From contig DCXX01000150.1 in the NCBI GenBank assembly GCA_002329125.1, forward strand, positions 1 through 50,613: a stretch of 50,613 nt of DNA. Reading direction: 5' to 3'. The notes below the pieces were generated by a model. It was not told the origin of the DNA. It made no database searches and saw nothing but the letters and a program-made list of their open reading frames with translations. Positions 47,638 through 50,613 of this stretch are shown here, one piece after another. Origin of the DNA: Fidelibacterota bacterium UBA2125 (GTDB lineage Bacteria > Fidelibacterota > Marinisomatia > Marinisomatales > S15-B10). Position numbers and translations under genes: made by a program. Position 1 is the stretch's first letter. Each line of letters starts with the position of its first letter.

Positions 47638-49002
47638 ATGAAAAAGATTCTAATTCTTGCTGGTATTGCTGGTGGACTAGGCGCATTCGTCTATTTTTAT
47701 GAGATAGAAGGGAGTAAAAAGAGAGAGAAAGCTGAACAGTTTGAAGCATCACTCATAAAGATAGAACGTGAAGATATTCAATCAATTACTTTGATTCAGG
47801 AGGAAGGCGAAATCATAAAATATGAGCGGACAGGCGATGATTGGGAAATAACAGAGCCTGTTCGAACTTCTGTTGAGGAGTCTGTTGTCAACGGAAACTA
47901 CTCGGCATTTGCCAACGCAAAAATTAAGCGCCGGCTCAATACAACTTCTGACAAACTAAAAAATTTCGGCCTTGAACCAGCTCATGGGGAAGTAATTATA
48001 GAATCAATAGATGGCAATAAAGTAGAACTTCTCATAGGTGATGAAGCGGCTACCCGTGGTGATCTTTTTATTTCATTCCGTGATTCTAACAGTGTCTTTA
48101 TTACATCCGACAATCTGAAAACAGAAGTAGAAAAAACACTCTTTAATCTTAGGGATAAAAAGATAGCACACTACGATAAGGATAAGGTGAACAGGATCGA
48201 ACTGGCAACTAAAGATGATACTATCATCATTGAAAAATCGGGTGAGGAATGGTCCATGACTTCTCCCGATTTGCCAGTGGAGGTGAGCCGTGTCAACAGC
48301 TATCTCAATTCCCTCACGAACTATTCAGCAAAAGAGTTTGTGGCGGAGGAGTTTGACAATCCATCCCAATACGGCTTCGATGCACCGGAGGCTAAGCTGA
48401 CACTCAGTCTTGGCGAAGAAAAGGCCACCAAAGAGTTAGTCATCGGTAAAGCCGTAAAAGATGGGGACGACACTAATTTTTTTGCTTACGAATCTGGACG
48501 AGCCCCTGTTTTTACCGTTCGCGAGTCAAACAAAAACAATGTGGCTCGCGATCCTTTTTACTTTCAGGACAAAAAGTTGGCACAATATAATGAGGATGCT
48601 CTGAGTGAGATTCGTATATCTGGTGCCTATCAGATTACTCTGATCCCTCAAGACACGTTGGGGTGGTATGTTTCCGGTGATACCACTATCAAGTTGGAGA
48701 AATCGGATATGAATCGTCTGTTCTCAGCTATTGGAGGCGTTACAGCCACGGAGTTGGTTTCAGAAAATAGTAAAGATTTGTCTAGCTATGGCCTAAAAGA
48801 ACCTTTTCTTGAAGTTGTTTTGACTGATACTGCCGGTTCCTCGATAGGTTATAGCATTGGTGACTCTGATGTAGACAATGACCGTTATGCGGTTTCCAGT
48901 TCTCGTCCTCGCATCTACAAGGTAAGTATTACAACAGTCGAAAGAATCAAAGACTGGATAGAAGAGATTCGGGAAACTGACGCTACCCCACCAACAGAAT
49001 AA
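47638..49002 (+). CDS. DUF4340 domain protein
   Basis: N-terminal anchor and three repeats containing W.....P and (F/Y)G(L/F)..P (NFGLEP, QYGFDAP, SYGLKEP); usual position downstream of GldG-like genes. Confidence 0.82.
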   Translation: MKKILILAGIAGGLGAFVYFYEIEGSKKREKAEQFEASLIKIEREDIQSITLIQEEGEIIKYERTGDDWEITEPVRTSVEESVVNGNYSAFANAKIKRRLNTTSDKLKNFGLEPAHGEVIIESIDGNKVELLIGDEAATRGDLFISFRDSNSVFITSDNLKTEVEKTLFNLRDKKIAHYDKDKVNRIELATKDDTIIIEKSGEEWSMTSPDLPVEVSRVNSYLNSLTNYSAKEFVAEEFDNPSQYGFDAPEAKLTLSLGEEKATKELVIGKAVKDGDDTNFFAYESGRAPVFTVRESNKNNVARDPFYFQDKKLAQYNEDALSEIRISGAYQITLIPQDTLGWYVSGDTTIKLEKSDMNRLFSAIGGVTATELVSENSKDLSSYGLKEPFLEVVLTDTAGSSIGYSIGDSDVDNDRYAVSSSRPRIYKVSITTVERIKDWIEEIRETDATPPTE

Positions 49003-50473
49003 TAGCACCGCCGGATAGGGTACAGAACAGGTTCACCGTATCGTTGTTGATGAACCTGGACCCGGATATGAGGGTTGCGGGTTCGTCACAGTGATGGGCT
49101 ACTTCAACTCTTTTGCTGCATCCGCCACAAGTGTATGATGCCTGAACTGTGGCACCCAGGATAGAGTCGAACACATTCGCAGCAAAACCGACCGCTACCA
49201 CCAAATACAACACCTTTACATCCAGAATAAAGAACCAAGCCGAGGCTGCTATAACGGTAGCTCCTAGCAATCCTCCAACAGATCCAAGAAACGTGACGCC
49301 CCCCGACGCGCCCGAGTCTATTTTTCTGAAAGTAACAATATCTCTCGGTACATATGGGGAAAAGAAGCCGATCTCCGTAGCCCATGTATCGGCTGTAGCC
49401 GCTACCACACTGGAGAGGTAGGCGAAGTAGATAATGTCAGAGGGATTGTAGAGCCACCAGATGGTCAGGATGAGCGGAATGCCCCCATTGGCATAAACTT
49501 GAACCATATCTCGCTCGGATCCCTTCCCAAAAGATTGCCGCTGATCCTTTTTCGATTTCTTACCTATCCTTGACAGCAATGAAGAGAGCACAAAGAAGAC
49601 AGCAAGAGGAATCATGAATTTCCACCCGCCTATTCCGAAAACAAAAACACCGAGGATAAAAGCAGCCAGGGCACCATCCGAAGTGAGAACTCGAAGTGAG
49701 AAGGCTCCTTGAGCCATGATGAAAGAGAGTAATATCCACATGATCAAAACTGCTACACTGCCGTTTCCAACGCTTTCAAAAAAAAGATCATAGGTGACGG
49801 CGGTAACGATTGGTATAGAGAGATTATCTGATCCCGAATCGGAAACAGCTTCGGCTATGGTTGCCATAGCAGCCACAAAAAGAGACAGTGGCACTAACAG
49901 CTGGAGTTCAAGGGGTTCCATGCCGGCAATACTCCTGAATAATGTTGTTCCAAGACCTGTAAGCAGTGCCGAAGTCAGCGCCATCACAATTGTTCCCTGA
50001 ATGGTTTTCTGGTCACGCCACGGGCGGTACGATTCGGGATTTCGTACCCCTTCTCCAACAATGGCCGCTGCTGTGTCAGCAAAGGTGAGGAGCAGGAGGG
50101 AAATCTGAAATGTAATCTGACGTTCCCACCAAAAGAGGCATAGGATGAAATAGGCCAGAGGGAAATAGATAGTGCCGTAGGATATTCTTTTTGTGGCGTG
50201 CATCCCTTCAAACTTTTTCGATTTGATGGCCACAAGATTTACGATAATAAAAATGATTGCGAGGGCTACCGGAGGTCCGTTACTAACGAAAAGGAAAGGA
50301 GACATAAGGACAAACAATCCCACCAGAACGTGGACAAATTTCCTGCTTAGTTCCGGAGTCCAGTTGAGTTTGACCCGTGCCAGTTCACTCAGGCCAATGA
50401 GTCCGAAGATCCCTAGGAGGAAGACGACAGATGTTATCCATTCGTTGGAGAAGGGAGAAACGGTAGGGAGCAT
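48983..50473 (-). CDS. Fusion of phytol/dolichol kinase-like (CTP-dependent) domain and DUF92 (TMEM19/VTE6-like) domain
   Basis: N-half SRKFVH, YGTIYFP, ADTAAAIVG, KTIQG, GSDNLSIP; C-half QVYANGG, ADTWATEIG, SGGVT..G, DSILGATVQ, NNDTVN. Start ATG 50473 or TTG 50554. Confidence 0.85.
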   Translation of the reverse strand: MLPTVSPFSNEWITSVVFLLGIFGLIGLSELARVKLNWTPELSRKFVHVLVGLFVLMSPFLFVSNGPPVALAIIFIIVNLVAIKSKKFEGMHATKRISYGTIYFPLAYFILCLFWWERQITFQISLLLLTFADTAAAIVGEGVRNPESYRPWRDQKTIQGTIVMALTSALLTGLGTTLFRSIAGMEPLELQLLVPLSLFVAAMATIAEAVSDSGSDNLSIPIVTAVTYDLFFESVGNGSVAVLIMWILLSFIMAQGAFSLRVLTSDGALAAFILGVFVFGIGGWKFMIPLAVFFVLSSLLSRIGKKSKKDQRQSFGKGSERDMVQVYANGGIPLILTIWWLYNPSDIIYFAYLSSVVAATADTWATEIGFFSPYVPRDIVTFRKIDSGASGGVTFLGSVGGLLGATVIAASAWFFILDVKVLYLVVAVGFAANVFDSILGATVQASYTCGGCSKRVEVAHHCDEPATLISGSRFINNDTVNLFCTLSGGAIILLVG

Positions 50474-50613
50474 AAATGAAAGTACATGACAAAGTGTAAA
50501 GAGAAAAGAGCTTGCGTAAAGTGATTCACCAAGATGACGCAAGGTTTCTACCAAATAAGAATTGCTTTGTCTGTTAGTGATTTCTCAGCGAATTATCCAT
50601 CGGCAAATCACAC

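Overview
A 50.6 kb bacterial window made up almost entirely of core genes. The lineage is inferred to be FCB-superphylum (Marinimicrobia-like) from a T9SS/FlgD-type C-terminal tail, a moxR-DUF58 Bat-like module, gldAFG-like genes, a CxxxY CcmE, folP-cdaA synteny and Bacteroidetes-style TTTG-N20-TAnnTTTG promoters. Positions 2270-49002 are one co-directional (+) run: obgE, dprA, DHH phosphoesterase, ispH, pdxS, pdxT, dxs, cstA, acyl-CoA mutase large subunit, ccmE-F-X-A-B-C-D, archaeal-type GAPDH homolog, tilS, hpt, ftsH, folP, cdaA, prfB (+1 frameshift), lysS, lolC/E x2, lolD, clpC, dnaK, tamB, Omp85, TPR lipoprotein, moxR, DUF58, a membrane protein, gldAFG-like genes and DUF4340. It converges on a prenyl-alcohol kinase/DUF92 fusion on the - strand. 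The first ~2.2 kb is AT-rich and accessory-like. It holds a membrane-anchored LuxR-type regulator, a soluble HTH-only paralog, about 9 copies of a CTACG(CA) operator-like motif and a 69-aa chimeric adenylate-cyclase/T9SS-tail remnant. This regulatory module is the best candidate for something undescribed. No CRISPR, rRNA, tRNA, transposase or integrase was seen.
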